Shown here: one piece after another, positions 1-10,446 of the stretch
Numbering within the stretch: the stretch's first letter is position 1
Layout: every line of letters begins with the position of its first letter
NCBI GenBank assembly: GCA_964582375.1
Contig: CAZORL010000006.1
Coordinates: forward strand, 611 to 64,610
Source of the DNA: an uncultured Lachnospiraceae bacterium
Lineage (GTDB): Bacteria; Bacillota; Clostridia; Oscillospirales; CAG-272
Reading direction: 5' to 3'
DNA: 64,000 nt
Position numbers and translations under genes: made by a program
The notes under the pieces: model-generated
Told to the model about the DNA's origin: nothing
What the model saw: only the letters and a program-made list of their open reading frames with translations
Databases searched by the model: none

Positions 1-1
1 T

Positions 2-2644
2 ACGGGCAACTTCCAATTTGATTTCCACGGTCAGTGGGTGCACGAAGGCGGCTATCCCGAGCGTTTTGAGGGTGGCGACGAGCACTGGACCACCACCAAT
101 CAGTTCGGCTCGAACTATCCGGGCGTGACATTTCGCTTTATCGGCGAGCGCGTGGCGATCTATGGGCATAAAGTCCCCGAGGGCGGCATGGCAAGCGTCA
201 GTGTTGACGGCGAGATTGTGGGCACTGTCGATTTCTACAATCGGTCGCGAATTGAGAAGGTTCTGCTTTTTGAGAGCGATAAGCTGACCGAGGGCGAGCA
301 TTACGTCACGCTTCAGCTTGTGGCAGACAAAAATCCATCAGCAGGCAACACACACGAGGCGAGCATCGATTATGCGGTCGTCACGACATCGTCGGGCATT
401 CCCGCAACCGGGGTTCGGGTCGATACCGAAAAGATCACGTTAGAGACAGGGATGAGCTATCAGGCGTCTTACACCATCCTCCCCGAGTACGCAACCGAGT
501 CTCCCGACATCACATATTCATCGTCCGACGAGTCGGTGGCAAGCGTTGACGAGGCAGGTGTCATCACCGCAAAGGGTGTTGGCGAGGCTGTGATCACTCT
601 TGCCCCTGTTGACAAGTCGTTTTCGGGTACAATTACTGTCAAAGTTCGTGAGTCTGTCGGCGGCGATCTGATCTGCATCGAAGGCGATACCAACGTCCAC
701 ACAAAGCCCGAGGATTATTATGATCTCTTTGAGGATCTCAGCGGCAAAGAATCGACCAAACTCAGTGTGGTCGCATGGCTTGACGATGTGGCATCGGCGA
801 AATTTGACATGTTCACGACAGGCAAGGCACTCAAAAATGTCAAGTTCACCGCAGGCGAGCTTGTCAATGACCACGGCGACAAGCTTTGCGGCGAGGTAAG
901 CCTTTACTTTATCAAGACCGTCCTTGCCCACGACACGGGCAAATATGTCCCCGATGTTCTGTATTCCAAAGGACCTGTCGATCTCCCTGCATCGTCGGTG
1001 TCGTCGGTCTGGGTGCAGATCAAGACGGCAAAGGATGCATTGCCCGGAGATTATACGGGCGAGATATCGATCACCGCCGACGGACTTGACAAACCCGAAA
1101 CATTGAAGCTTTCGGTAGAGGTTATCGGACTTGAGCGACCCGAGGGCGATGTTCCTTTCGAGGTCTGGCAGTACCCGTATTCTTCAAATCGCTACTATTC
1201 GGGCAAGACTACCGCCGAGTATTTCGGGGACGGTCTTGACGGTCTGTGGAACACACACCTTGATCCCGCATATGAGGCCGGACTGCGTTCACAGCTTGAG
1301 CTTTACAAGGCGGCGGGCGGAAACAGCGTCACCGTCACCATCGTCGAGGATGCGTGGGGATCTCAAACACCCGATCCTTACCCCTCAATGATCAAGTGGA
1401 CGCAAAAGAAGGACGGCACATTTGAGTTCGATTACACGGATTTCGACTATTATGTGGAACTTTGCACATCCTGCGGCATTGACGGTCCTATCATGGCGTT
1501 CTCCATCGGTGACTGGGTCAGCCGAATCACCTATTACAGTGAGCAACGTGACAAAGTCATGTCCGAAAATCTGACCCCGGGGTCGCTTCGTTATACGAAG
1601 GTCTGGATGGAATTTCTCACCGATCTTATGGCACATACCAAGGAAAAGGGCTGGTTTGACCGCATACATATGGCAATGGACGAGCGCGGTCCCGAAGTGG
1701 TCGAGGCGGTGCTCGATGTTGTCGAATCTGTCAAGGATGAGAACGGACAGTGCTTCAAGACTGCCCTTGCGGTGTATTCATTCGAGACCGAGTATCTGTT
1801 TGATCGCATCACCGATCTCTCGCTTGCCATCACATTGGATGCGGGTCATGTGGACGAAGTCGTCGCCCACCGTAAGAGCAAGGGGCTGACCACCACCATC
1901 TACACCTGCGGTCCGCAAAACTCCGCTCTGTCCAACGCGCCGATCGAGAGCCTCTACACATTGTGGTACGCCGCTCAAAGGGGTGCTGACGGCTTCCTTC
2001 GTTGGGCACTCGATGCCTTTAATGTCGATCCGCTGAACAGCAGTTACCACCGTATCTATGTCGCAGGCGATATCTATCTTATCTATCCCGATCTCGCGGA
2101 TGCCAAAGATCCCACCGCTCATTCATCTGCTCGCTTTGAAAAGCTTGCGGAGGGTGTGAGGGATGTTGCAAAACTTGATTGGGTGCTCGAAAATTACCCC
2201 GAGTATGAAAAGAGCCTTGGCAGCGCACTGAAAGCCATTGGCGGCGATATGGCAAAAACGATTGCAAATGCTCAGAAAAGGCTCAATTCGGTAGGTCGCG
2301 AGATAGCACTGACCGAGCTGATCAAATCCGCCGAGGCGTCCGAATTTGCCGATGATAAGAACCTGACCGCCGCCGTGATTGCCGCACAAGAAGTACTTGA
2401 GGGCAGACCCTCGTCAAAAGAGCTGACCGAGGCTGCATACAGCATTGCAAAAATTCTCAAGACCTTGAATGCCTCCCCTGACAAATATGACCCCATCGAG
2501 GCACCCGATAACATCGGCGTCGATACAGACGAAAAGAAGGATTTCCCCACGACTGCCGTTATCATTGGTGCGGCTGCCGTAATAATTGCCGCCGCCGCGG
2601 TTGCTGTCGTTGTCGTACTTAAAAAGAAGAAAAAGGACAATTAA
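2..2644 (+). CDS. Surface-anchored glycoside-hydrolase-like protein (DUF4091/GH123-like core plus Big_2 Ig-like domain, C-terminal TM anchor); 5' end lies outside the window
   Basis: The frame of ORF 38..2644 stays open back to nt 2 (TGNFQFDFHGQWV...), so the N-terminus is missing. Big_2-like segment ITLETGMSYQASYTILPEY...VASVDEAGVITAKGVGEAVITL. Core with WQYPYSS / IVEDAWGS. C-terminal hydrophobic helix AVIIGAAAVIIAAAAVAVVVVL followed by KKKKKDN. Confidence 0.6.
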   Translation, partial: TGNFQFDFHGQWVHEGGYPERFEGGDEHWTTTNQFGSNYPGVTFRFIGERVAIYGHKVPEGGMASVSVDGEIVGTVDFYNRSRIEKVLLFESDKLTEGEHYVTLQLVADKNPSAGNTHEASIDYAVVTTSSGIPATGVRVDTEKITLETGMSYQASYTILPEYATESPDITYSSSDESVASVDEAGVITAKGVGEAVITLAPVDKSFSGTITVKVRESVGGDLICIEGDTNVHTKPEDYYDLFEDLSGKESTKLSVVAWLDDVASAKFDMFTTGKALKNVKFTAGELVNDHGDKLCGEVSLYFIKTVLAHDTGKYVPDVLYSKGPVDLPASSVSSVWVQIKTAKDALPGDYTGEISITADGLDKPETLKLSVEVIGLERPEGDVPFEVWQYPYSSNRYYSGKTTAEYFGDGLDGLWNTHLDPAYEAGLRSQLELYKAAGGNSVTVTIVEDAWGSQTPDPYPSMIKWTQKKDGTFEFDYTDFDYYVELCTSCGIDGPIMAFSIGDWVSRITYYSEQRDKVMSENLTPGSLRYTKVWMEFLTDLMAHTKEKGWFDRIHMAMDERGPEVVEAVLDVVESVKDENGQCFKTALAVYSFETEYLFDRITDLSLAITLDAGHVDEVVAHRKSKGLTTTIYTCGPQNSALSNAPIESLYTLWYAAQRGADGFLRWALDAFNVDPLNSSYHRIYVAGDIYLIYPDLADAKDPTAHSSARFEKLAEGVRDVAKLDWVLENYPEYEKSLGSALKAIGGDMAKTIANAQKRLNSVGREIALTELIKSAEASEFADDKNLTAAVIAAQEVLEGRPSSKELTEAAYSIAKILKTLNASPDKYDPIEAPDNIGVDTDEKKDFPTTAVIIGAAAVIIAAAAVAVVVVLKKKKKDN

Positions 2645-2651
2645 TAACGAA

Positions 2652-2701
2652 AATGCTGTCTTAAGACCCCGATCATGGGATCTTGAGACAGCATTTTTTT
2701 C
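2652..2701 (+). terminator. Rho-independent terminator after the surface hydrolase gene
   Basis: 15-bp stem aatgctgtcttaaga / tcttgagacagcatt (one G-U pair) followed by T7. Confidence 0.8.
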
Positions 2702-2880
2702 GTTCAGACCCGTAAACTCATTCCGGATGACACGGTAAACAACTCCGTTTCATTTGGACGTCTCCTTTTCATGAATATGCACAAAGTTTTTGTCAGCATT
2801 CCTCGTGTCGCAGACTTATGGCTTTGGTCGTCAAAGCATCACTTTTTCTTTGAAAAAATGAAAAATTTTGCGTCTGGGGC

Positions 2881-2909
2881 TTGCATTTTTTCCTTTTTTG
2901 TTGTATAAT
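2881..2909 (+). promoter_or_regulatory. Sigma-A-type promoter of the decarboxylase operon
   Basis: TTGCAT (2881-2886), 17 nt, TATAAT (2904-2909). About 115 nt of leader lie before the ATG at 3025. Confidence 0.6.
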
Positions 2910-3024
2910 AAGAGCATAATGGGGGAAGATGTGAGTTCACATGAAAAATGCCCCCAAGCGGTGACTGCACTCTCGGTGGTTTTGCAGTCGGAAAAGACCG
3001 TAAACCGCCGAGAAGGAGTAATAT

Positions 3025-4413
3025 ATGGAGTTAAAAAAGAAAAGTCCGCTCGTCCGCACGGGCGGTGCGTACGATGATATTTCGGCGATCCTCGATGAGA
3101 ATACCTTCTTCGAGATAGGCTCGTACGTCGGCGGAGAGTCGTATGCATCGGTCGTTTGCGGCTACGGTTCGATAGACGGTGCATTGACATTCGTTTTTGC
3201 ACAGGATCTGACCCGCGACAAGGGCGCACTCGGACAGGCTGAGGTCGAAAAGATCTGCTCGACCTATGACATGGCGATAAAGGGCGGAGCACCGATCATC
3301 GGTATTTGGAAGAGCGCAGGTGCACGCATAAACGAGGGTGAGAGAGCGCTTTCGGCATACGGCAAGCTTCTTGCCAAGATCACGAAGGCATCGGGCATCA
3401 TCCCGCAGATCGCCGTTGTTGACGGAGTTTGCGGAGGTATGTCATCGGCGGCGGTGTCGATGTTCGATATCATCGTCGCATCAAAGGATGCAAGCTTCTA
3501 TGTAAATCCCCCCTTCGTCCTCAAAAATCTCGGCATGAAGGACGCAGGCAAGATCGAAAGAGTCGCAAAGAGCGGACTTGTCGATATCGTTTGCGAGAGC
3601 GGAGCAGATGCTCTTGCCAAGGCTAAAGAGCTTGTCTCGAGCATTCCGCAGAATAATGCACAGGGACTTTTCTATGTCGGCGGCGTCGAGGATGACCCCT
3701 CTCGCCCCACTCCCGAGTTTGAGAATGCAAAGGATGCACACGCACTGCTTTCGTCGATCGCCGATTGCGGCAGATATACCGAGCTTAAACCCGATTTCGC
3801 TCCCGAGATAGTTACCGCGCTTGCCACTGTCGGTTATGCCACGGTCGGTGTTGTTGCTACCGAGCACGGCAAGACCTTGACCCCTGCGGCATCCCGCAAG
3901 GCGGCGACATTCATATCCTTTTGCGACAACTTTATGATCCCTGTCATCACTCTCGTGGATACCGACGGTATCGATCTTTCGGTTGATGCCGAAAATGCGG
4001 TTTACGCCCCCGAGCTGTCGCGTCTTGCGGCGGCATATGCCGGATCTACCAATACAAAGATAACCGCCATTGTCGGTAAGGCTTACGGCGCAGCTTATAC
4101 ATTGCTCGGTTCAAAGGCAGTCGGTGCGGATGTCGTGCTTGCACTTGAGGGTGCTGAGATCTCGGTCATGGAACCGGATGCGGCAGTACAATTTTTGTAC
4201 GGCGATAAGATCAAGACGCCCGCTGACAGAGAGGCGAGAAAGAATGAGTGGACAGAGATCCATGCATCGGCAATCGCGGCGGCATCCACCGGTGATATTG
4301 ACGATGTTGTTGCTCCTGCCGAGCTTCGTGCTCGCGTGATCGCGGCACTCAACGCATTTTGGGCAAAGGCGTCGGGCACGCCTTACGCAAAGCATTCGAA
4401 ACTTCCTTTTTAA
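3025..4413 (+). CDS. Acyl-CoA carboxyltransferase subunit (methylmalonyl-/glutaconyl-CoA decarboxylase alpha, 12S-type)
   Basis: RBS gaaggag upstream. Carboxyl-transferase motif SAGARINEGERALSAYGKL. Two-lobed CT layout. Sits in a decarboxylase gene cluster. Confidence 0.75.
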   Translation: MELKKKSPLVRTGGAYDDISAILDENTFFEIGSYVGGESYASVVCGYGSIDGALTFVFAQDLTRDKGALGQAEVEKICSTYDMAIKGGAPIIGIWKSAGARINEGERALSAYGKLLAKITKASGIIPQIAVVDGVCGGMSSAAVSMFDIIVASKDASFYVNPPFVLKNLGMKDAGKIERVAKSGLVDIVCESGADALAKAKELVSSIPQNNAQGLFYVGGVEDDPSRPTPEFENAKDAHALLSSIADCGRYTELKPDFAPEIVTALATVGYATVGVVATEHGKTLTPAASRKAATFISFCDNFMIPVITLVDTDGIDLSVDAENAVYAPELSRLAAAYAGSTNTKITAIVGKAYGAAYTLLGSKAVGADVVLALEGAEISVMEPDAAVQFLYGDKIKTPADREARKNEWTEIHASAIAAASTGDIDDVVAPAELRARVIAALNAFWAKASGTPYAKHSKLPF

Positions 4414-4437
4414 CGATAGTTGGGAGGAGATCAGTTA

Positions 4438-4809
4438 ATGAACCTTTTTTATGTTTTGGCAGATGTAAGTAAGCCGATCGGCGAGCGCACGGTCGAGGCT
4501 CTTCAGGACACACTTATCGGAATACTCGTTGTCTTTTTGGCACTCTCCGTGCTTTGGGCGATAATCGAGATCTTCCATGCGGTAGTCAGCAGAGCAACAG
4601 GCAAGTCGAAAATGCCCGACAGCACGCCGACAGAGCAGACATCAGCCCCGGCCACGGTGATTCCCGAGGCTCAGCCCGACGAGGACGATGCCGCGATCGT
4701 TGCGGCGATCACGGCGGCAATATCGCTCTCGATAGACGCACCCGTCGGATCTTTCCGCGTTGTTTCCTTCAAACGGAGCGGGAACAACGTCCATTGGAAT
4801 AAAAATTAA
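4438..4809 (+). CDS. OadG-family small membrane subunit (decarboxylase gamma chain)
   Basis: Start moved to ATG 4438, which follows RBS gggaggag. Single N-terminal TM helix LIGILVVFLALSVLWAIIEIF, then a Pro/Ala/Asp-rich tail. Position lies between the CT and BCCP genes. Confidence 0.65.
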   Translation: MNLFYVLADVSKPIGERTVEALQDTLIGILVVFLALSVLWAIIEIFHAVVSRATGKSKMPDSTPTEQTSAPATVIPEAQPDEDDAAIVAAITAAISLSIDAPVGSFRVVSFKRSGNNVHWNKN

Positions 4810-4854
4810 CCTATAATAACAGCGAAAGCACGAAAGGATATAAAGGATATAACT

Positions 4855-5253
4855 ATGAGAAAATTCAATGTTACCGTAAATGGTGTCTCTTATGATGTCG
4901 AGATCGAAGAGGTTGCTCAGGGCTCTGCCGCACCCGCCGCACCCGCCGCACCTGCCGCACCTGTAGCCCCTGCTGCCCCTGCAGCACCTAAAGCTGTACC
5001 TGCAGTTCCGAAAGCTGCTCCGAAAGCAGCACCCGCAGGAGCTACCGAGGTAAAGGCTCCGATGCCCGGAACGATACTGAAGGTCAATGTTACCGCAGGA
5101 CAGGCTGTAAAGAGAGGCGACATCGTCGCGATCCTTGAGGCAATGAAAATGGAAAATGAGATCTTTGCTCCGACCGACGGCACTGTCGCTACCGTGAATG
5201 TAAGTAAGGGAGCGGCTGTTCAGACCGACGACCTTATCGTTTCGATAAAGTGA
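4855..5253 (+). CDS. Biotin carboxyl carrier protein (biotinyl domain with Ala/Pro linker)
   Basis: Biotinylation motif EAMKMENEI. (PAA)n linker. Lipoyl/biotinyl-fold C-terminus. Confidence 0.85.
   Translation: MRKFNVTVNGVSYDVEIEEVAQGSAAPAAPAAPAAPVAPAAPAAPKAVPAVPKAAPKAAPAGATEVKAPMPGTILKVNVTAGQAVKRGDIVAILEAMKMENEIFAPTDGTVATVNVSKGAAVQTDDLIVSIK
4927..5037 (+). repeat. Degenerate 9-nt tandem repeats encoding the (PAA/PKA)n linker of the BCCP
   Basis: gcacccgcc gcacccgcc gcacctgcc gcacctgta gcccctgct gcccctgca... Reads as AAPAAPAAPAAPVAPAAPAAPKAVPAVPKAAPKAAPA. Confidence 0.7.
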
Positions 5254-5292
5254 TCTTGTATTATTCCAAAAAACGAAAGGAAGGCATAAAAT

Positions 5293-6498
<1,206 letters not shown>

Positions 6499-6546
6499 TG
6501 GCGTGACATGCAAAACATATTTATAACGAAAGAGAGATCATAATAT

Positions 6547-7947
6547 ATGGCAAAGGTGAAAATTTGCGAGAGCGTGCTTCGTGACGCTCATCAGTCGCTG
6601 ATCGCTACCCGTATGACCACCGAGGAGATGCTCCCCATCCTTGAGGAGATGGATAAGATCGGCTATCATTCGCTCGAGGCATGGGGCGGCGCAACATTCG
6701 ACTCTTGTCTGCGTTTTCTGAACGAAGATCCTTGGGATCGTCTGCGCAAGATCCGCGACAAGGTCAAAAATACCAAGCTTCAAATGCTTTTCAGAGGACA
6801 GAACATCCTCGGATACCGCCACTACGCCGACGATGTTGTCGAATACTTCGTGCAGAAATCGATCGCAAACGGTATCGATATCATCAGAATTTTCGATGCA
6901 CTCAATGATCCGCGCAATCTGAAGACTGCGATCGCCGCAACAAATAAAGAGGGCGGTCACGTTCAGGCGGCAATTTCCTATACTACCGGTCCGTGCTACG
7001 ATACCGAGTATTTCGTAAAATATACCAAACAGCTCGTTGAGATGGGCGTCGGCTCGATCTGCATAAAGGATATGGCAGGTCTTCTTAAGCCCTACGACGC
7101 TGAGGTGCTCGTCAAGGCACTAAAGACCGAGTTCCCCAATCTCCCGGTTGAGCTTCATACACACTATACCGCAGGACTTGCGTCAATGACGCTTCTTAAG
7201 GCGGTCGAGGCAGGGTGTGATATCATCGATACCGCCATCTCGCCGCTTGCACTCGGCACATCACAGCCCGCAACCGAGCCGATGGTCGCCGCTCTTCAGG
7301 GAACACCTTATGATACGGGACTTGATCTTTCCGCACTCAAGAAGATCAGTGATTACTTCATGCCCCTTCGCGAGAAATATCTTGCTGACGGTCTGCTTGA
7401 TCCCAAGGTGCTTAAGGTTGACGCATCGACTCTGCTTTATCAGGTTCCGGGCGGAATGCTCTCGAATCTTATATCTCAGCTCAAACAGGCAGGCAAGTCG
7501 GATAAGCTGACCGAGGTTCTTGAAGAGGTTCCGCGCGTTCGTGCCGATGCGGGATATCCTCCGCTTGTCACCCCCTCCTCGCAGATCGTCGGTACACAGG
7601 CTGTTTTCAATGTCTTGAATGGTGAACGCTACAAGATGACCACCAAAGAGTTCCGCGGACTTATCAGAGGTGAGTACGGTAAGACCCCGATGCCGATCGA
7701 TCCCGCATTCAAAAAGAAGATCATCGGTGACGAAAAGGAGATCACCTGCCGTCCCGCCGATCTGATCGCCCCCGAGCTTGATAAGATACGCGCCGATGCT
7801 GCCGATTATATCGAGCAGGACGAGGACGTTCTTTCCTACGCACTCTTTGAGCAGGTCGCAACCAAATTCTTCGAGAACCGCCGTGCCACAAAGATCGGTC
7901 TCGATCTCGAAAATTCGGACAGCGAGAAAAAGATCCATACCATTTGA
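6547..7947 (+). CDS. Oxaloacetate decarboxylase alpha / pyruvate carboxylase subunit B-like carboxyltransferase (5S-type), without its own biotinyl domain
   Basis: N-terminus I.E..LRDAHQSLIATRM (HMGL-like TIM barrel), ICIKDMAGLL, HTHYTAGLA. The 466-aa protein ends without an AMKM motif. Confidence 0.85.
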   Translation: MAKVKICESVLRDAHQSLIATRMTTEEMLPILEEMDKIGYHSLEAWGGATFDSCLRFLNEDPWDRLRKIRDKVKNTKLQMLFRGQNILGYRHYADDVVEYFVQKSIANGIDIIRIFDALNDPRNLKTAIAATNKEGGHVQAAISYTTGPCYDTEYFVKYTKQLVEMGVGSICIKDMAGLLKPYDAEVLVKALKTEFPNLPVELHTHYTAGLASMTLLKAVEAGCDIIDTAISPLALGTSQPATEPMVAALQGTPYDTGLDLSALKKISDYFMPLREKYLADGLLDPKVLKVDASTLLYQVPGGMLSNLISQLKQAGKSDKLTEVLEEVPRVRADAGYPPLVTPSSQIVGTQAVFNVLNGERYKMTTKEFRGLIRGEYGKTPMPIDPAFKKKIIGDEKEITCRPADLIAPELDKIRADAADYIEQDEDVLSYALFEQVATKFFENRRATKIGLDLENSDSEKKIHTI

Positions 7948-7956
7948 CAGTTTTTT

Positions 7957-8008
7957 CGGTCGAAAAGAGGACGTCATGTCATCTTTTCGACCGATTTTGT
8001 TGTTTTTT
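7957..8008 (+). terminator. Rho-independent terminator of the decarboxylase operon
   Basis: 12-bp stem cggtcgaaaaga / tcttttcgaccg followed by attttgttgtttttt. Confidence 0.8.
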
Positions 8009-8020
8009 GGCAAAAAGCTA

Positions 8021-8049
8021 TTGCAATTCGGATGAAAATGTGATAGAAT
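8021..8049 (+). promoter_or_regulatory. Sigma-A-type promoter upstream of the PfkB-family gene
   Basis: TTGCAA (8021-8026), 17 nt, TAGAAT (8044-8049). Confidence 0.5.
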
Positions 8050-8090
8050 AGTAGAGAGGATCAAATAAAGTCCCGAAAGGAATTATTAAC

Positions 8091-9023
8091 ATGAAGTCGA
8101 AATTGCTTGTTGTCGGAAACTGCTATATGGAGACCGTGCTGTGGGTCGATGCCATTCCGTCTGCCGAGCTGACAGTTTCAGAAAATAACAGCTTTACAAG
8201 CCGCCCCGGAGGACGTGGCGGATGTGCCGCTATTGCCGCGGCAAGAATGGGACTCGATGTTTCGATATGCGCATCTCTCGGTAAGGACGCAAACGGCTCG
8301 CGACTTATCGGATATTATAACGAAAACGGCGTGGATACCTCATTTGTTTCAACCGACCGCAGACCGACGGGCATCTCTACGCATATACATGAGATCTCAT
8401 TTGATACCGACCGCAAGATACTTTGCTCGGGGGCAAATGTCGCACTTCATGTCGATCATGTGTCGCGTGCGATGGAATCCGCCTTCGATGCCGTCTTTCT
8501 TTCCACCGATCTTTCCGCTGAGCTTCTCTGCGATGCCACCCATACGGCGCGCATCAATGGTCTGCCCGTTTTTCTCGATGCCGTCGGCGTAAAATCCTCT
8601 CTTCCGCTTGCAAAGCTTGAAAATCTCGAGCTTTTCATCACCGATGTCGCAGGCGTCAGATCGATCACGGGGATCACGATCAATAATGCCGATCGTTGCC
8701 TGACAGCCGCCATGGCACTTTCGGGCAGGGTGTTTGCAAAATATTATGTCATAAAGCTCGGCTCGCTCGGGACATTTATTTATGACGGAAAATATCAACA
8801 ACATGCGATCCCTTGCTCGCTCGATGCAAAGTCGCAGGGCGCGCCGATCGATACCGAGGCAGCAGTCATCTCGGCGGCATATCTTGCCACGGGGAATATC
8901 AAAAGCTCTTGCGCCCTTGCCGCCGTCATGGCGAAAATGTCAAAGGAAGACCCGAAGATCAAGATCCCGACCATCGCGCAGGCATTCGATTATTGCAAGT
9001 TTAACAATATTCGCTTCAGATAA
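8091..9023 (+). CDS. PfkB/ribokinase-family carbohydrate kinase-like protein (second signature motif degenerate)
   Basis: N-terminal ribokinase-like pattern LVVGNCYMETV...GGRGGCAAIAAARMG. The place of DTxGAGD is occupied by DTEAAVISAAYL. Confidence 0.6.
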   Translation: MKSKLLVVGNCYMETVLWVDAIPSAELTVSENNSFTSRPGGRGGCAAIAAARMGLDVSICASLGKDANGSRLIGYYNENGVDTSFVSTDRRPTGISTHIHEISFDTDRKILCSGANVALHVDHVSRAMESAFDAVFLSTDLSAELLCDATHTARINGLPVFLDAVGVKSSLPLAKLENLELFITDVAGVRSITGITINNADRCLTAAMALSGRVFAKYYVIKLGSLGTFIYDGKYQQHAIPCSLDAKSQGAPIDTEAAVISAAYLATGNIKSSCALAAVMAKMSKEDPKIKIPTIAQAFDYCKFNNIRFR

Positions 9024-9046
9024 ATCATAAAAAGGATGATGCCTTT

Positions 9047-10009
9047 ATGATAAATAAAACAACCGATAATTTCAGATCGTTTGACGGCATACACGATATC
9101 GAGTACACAGTGTGGACACCCGACAGACCGCCGCGTGCGATGGTTCAAATTGTCCACGGCATGAACGAATATGTAGACAGATACGATGAGTTCGCGCACT
9201 TTCTCGCCGATCACGGGATGGTTGTCTTCGGAAATGATCACCTGGGGCACGGCAGAACGGCAAAAGATGATGCCGATCTCGGTTATTTCGCTGAAAAAGA
9301 CGGTGATCGATGTCTTGTTGAGGATGTTTACAGCCTTAATAAGATCATGCGAAAGAAATACAGATCGCTCCCCTGCATTTTGCTCGGGCACAGCATGGGT
9401 TCGTTTATCTCGCGCGCCTTCGTCAGCGTCCATCACGATGCCGTCGATGCTTTTGTAGTTTCGGGAACGGCAGGGAAGGGTCGTCCGTTCGGACTCGGAA
9501 TTACGCTCTGCTCCTTGCTTTCAAAGTTCAAGGGCGATCGACATAGAAGCAGATTGATCAAATATCTTGTTTTTTCCAAATTCAACAAACGATTTGACGG
9601 CAATCTCGGCATGGAATGGGTGACGACCGACCTCGAAGGGCAGAAACAGTACGGCGCAGACCCGAAATGCATGTTCGACTTCACACTCGGCGGCTATCGT
9701 GATATGTTCAGACTGCTTTCCTATGTCAACTCGGATGAATGGTACGCCAATATGTCGAGAGCACTGCCGACGATCTTTGTGTCCGGCTCGGATGACCCGG
9801 TCGGTAATTATTCAAAAGGCGTTTGTCAGGTTGTCGAGCATCTTGCCGAGACTTCGTCTGATGTGACCATGAAGATCTACGAGGGCGAAAGACACGAGCT
9901 GCTCACGGGACTTTCGAAATATAAGGTCTTCGATGACCTGCTTTCCTGGATGAATGAGCGTATCGACGGCATAATTGCCGCACGAACGCTTGTCAGTTCG
10001 ATGTTTTAA
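9047..10009 (+). CDS. Alpha/beta hydrolase (lysophospholipase / monoacylglycerol-lipase-like)
   Basis: HG oxyanion motif VHGMNEY. Nucleophile elbow GHSMGS. C-terminal GSDDPV and ERHE (His) segments. Confidence 0.75.
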   Translation: MINKTTDNFRSFDGIHDIEYTVWTPDRPPRAMVQIVHGMNEYVDRYDEFAHFLADHGMVVFGNDHLGHGRTAKDDADLGYFAEKDGDRCLVEDVYSLNKIMRKKYRSLPCILLGHSMGSFISRAFVSVHHDAVDAFVVSGTAGKGRPFGLGITLCSLLSKFKGDRHRSRLIKYLVFSKFNKRFDGNLGMEWVTTDLEGQKQYGADPKCMFDFTLGGYRDMFRLLSYVNSDEWYANMSRALPTIFVSGSDDPVGNYSKGVCQVVEHLAETSSDVTMKIYEGERHELLTGLSKYKVFDDLLSWMNERIDGIIAARTLVSSMF

Positions 10010-10029
10010 GAAAAAAGGATGGTGTATTT

Positions 10030-10443
10030 ATGAAACGAATACTCGGTGTTGACAGCGGCGACGTGCGCACGGGACTTGCTGTCAGCGATACGCTCGGCTT
10101 TCTCGCAAACGGAATTGGCACATTCACCGCACCGACCGAGGATGAGCTTGTCGAGCTTGTCGTAAAATACGCAAACGAATATGATGTTGAACGTGTCGTG
10201 ATCGGCAATCCGATCAATATGGACGGCTCGTCGGGTGAGCGAAGCCAAAAAGTTCGCGCACTCTCGGAGCGGATCGCGGCAAGGCTCTCTGTCCCCGTCA
10301 TCCTTTTCGATGAAAGGTGTACGACGATGGAGGCACATAAAATAATGAATATAACCAACACTCGCGGAAAAAAGCGCAAAGCCGCAGTCGATACGCTCTC
10401 GGCACAGATAATTTTGCAGGATTACCTCGACAGCAGAAGGTGA
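10030..10443 (+). CDS. ruvX: Holliday junction resolvase-like nuclease RuvX (YqgF)
   Basis: ILGVDSGDVRTGLAVSD N-terminus. About 137 aa. C-terminal SAQIILQDYL. Confidence 0.9.
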   Translation: MKRILGVDSGDVRTGLAVSDTLGFLANGIGTFTAPTEDELVELVVKYANEYDVERVVIGNPINMDGSSGERSQKVRALSERIAARLSVPVILFDERCTTMEAHKIMNITNTRGKKRKAAVDTLSAQIILQDYLDSRR

Positions 10444-10446
10444 GAT

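Noticed and set aside
4927-5037. Short tandem repeats, here and at 59669-59712, as a possible CRISPR or minisatellite.
   Set aside because: The units are 9 nt with no spacers, and they lie inside coding sequences where they encode Pro/Ala or Lys/Asp linkers. They are not CRISPR arrays.
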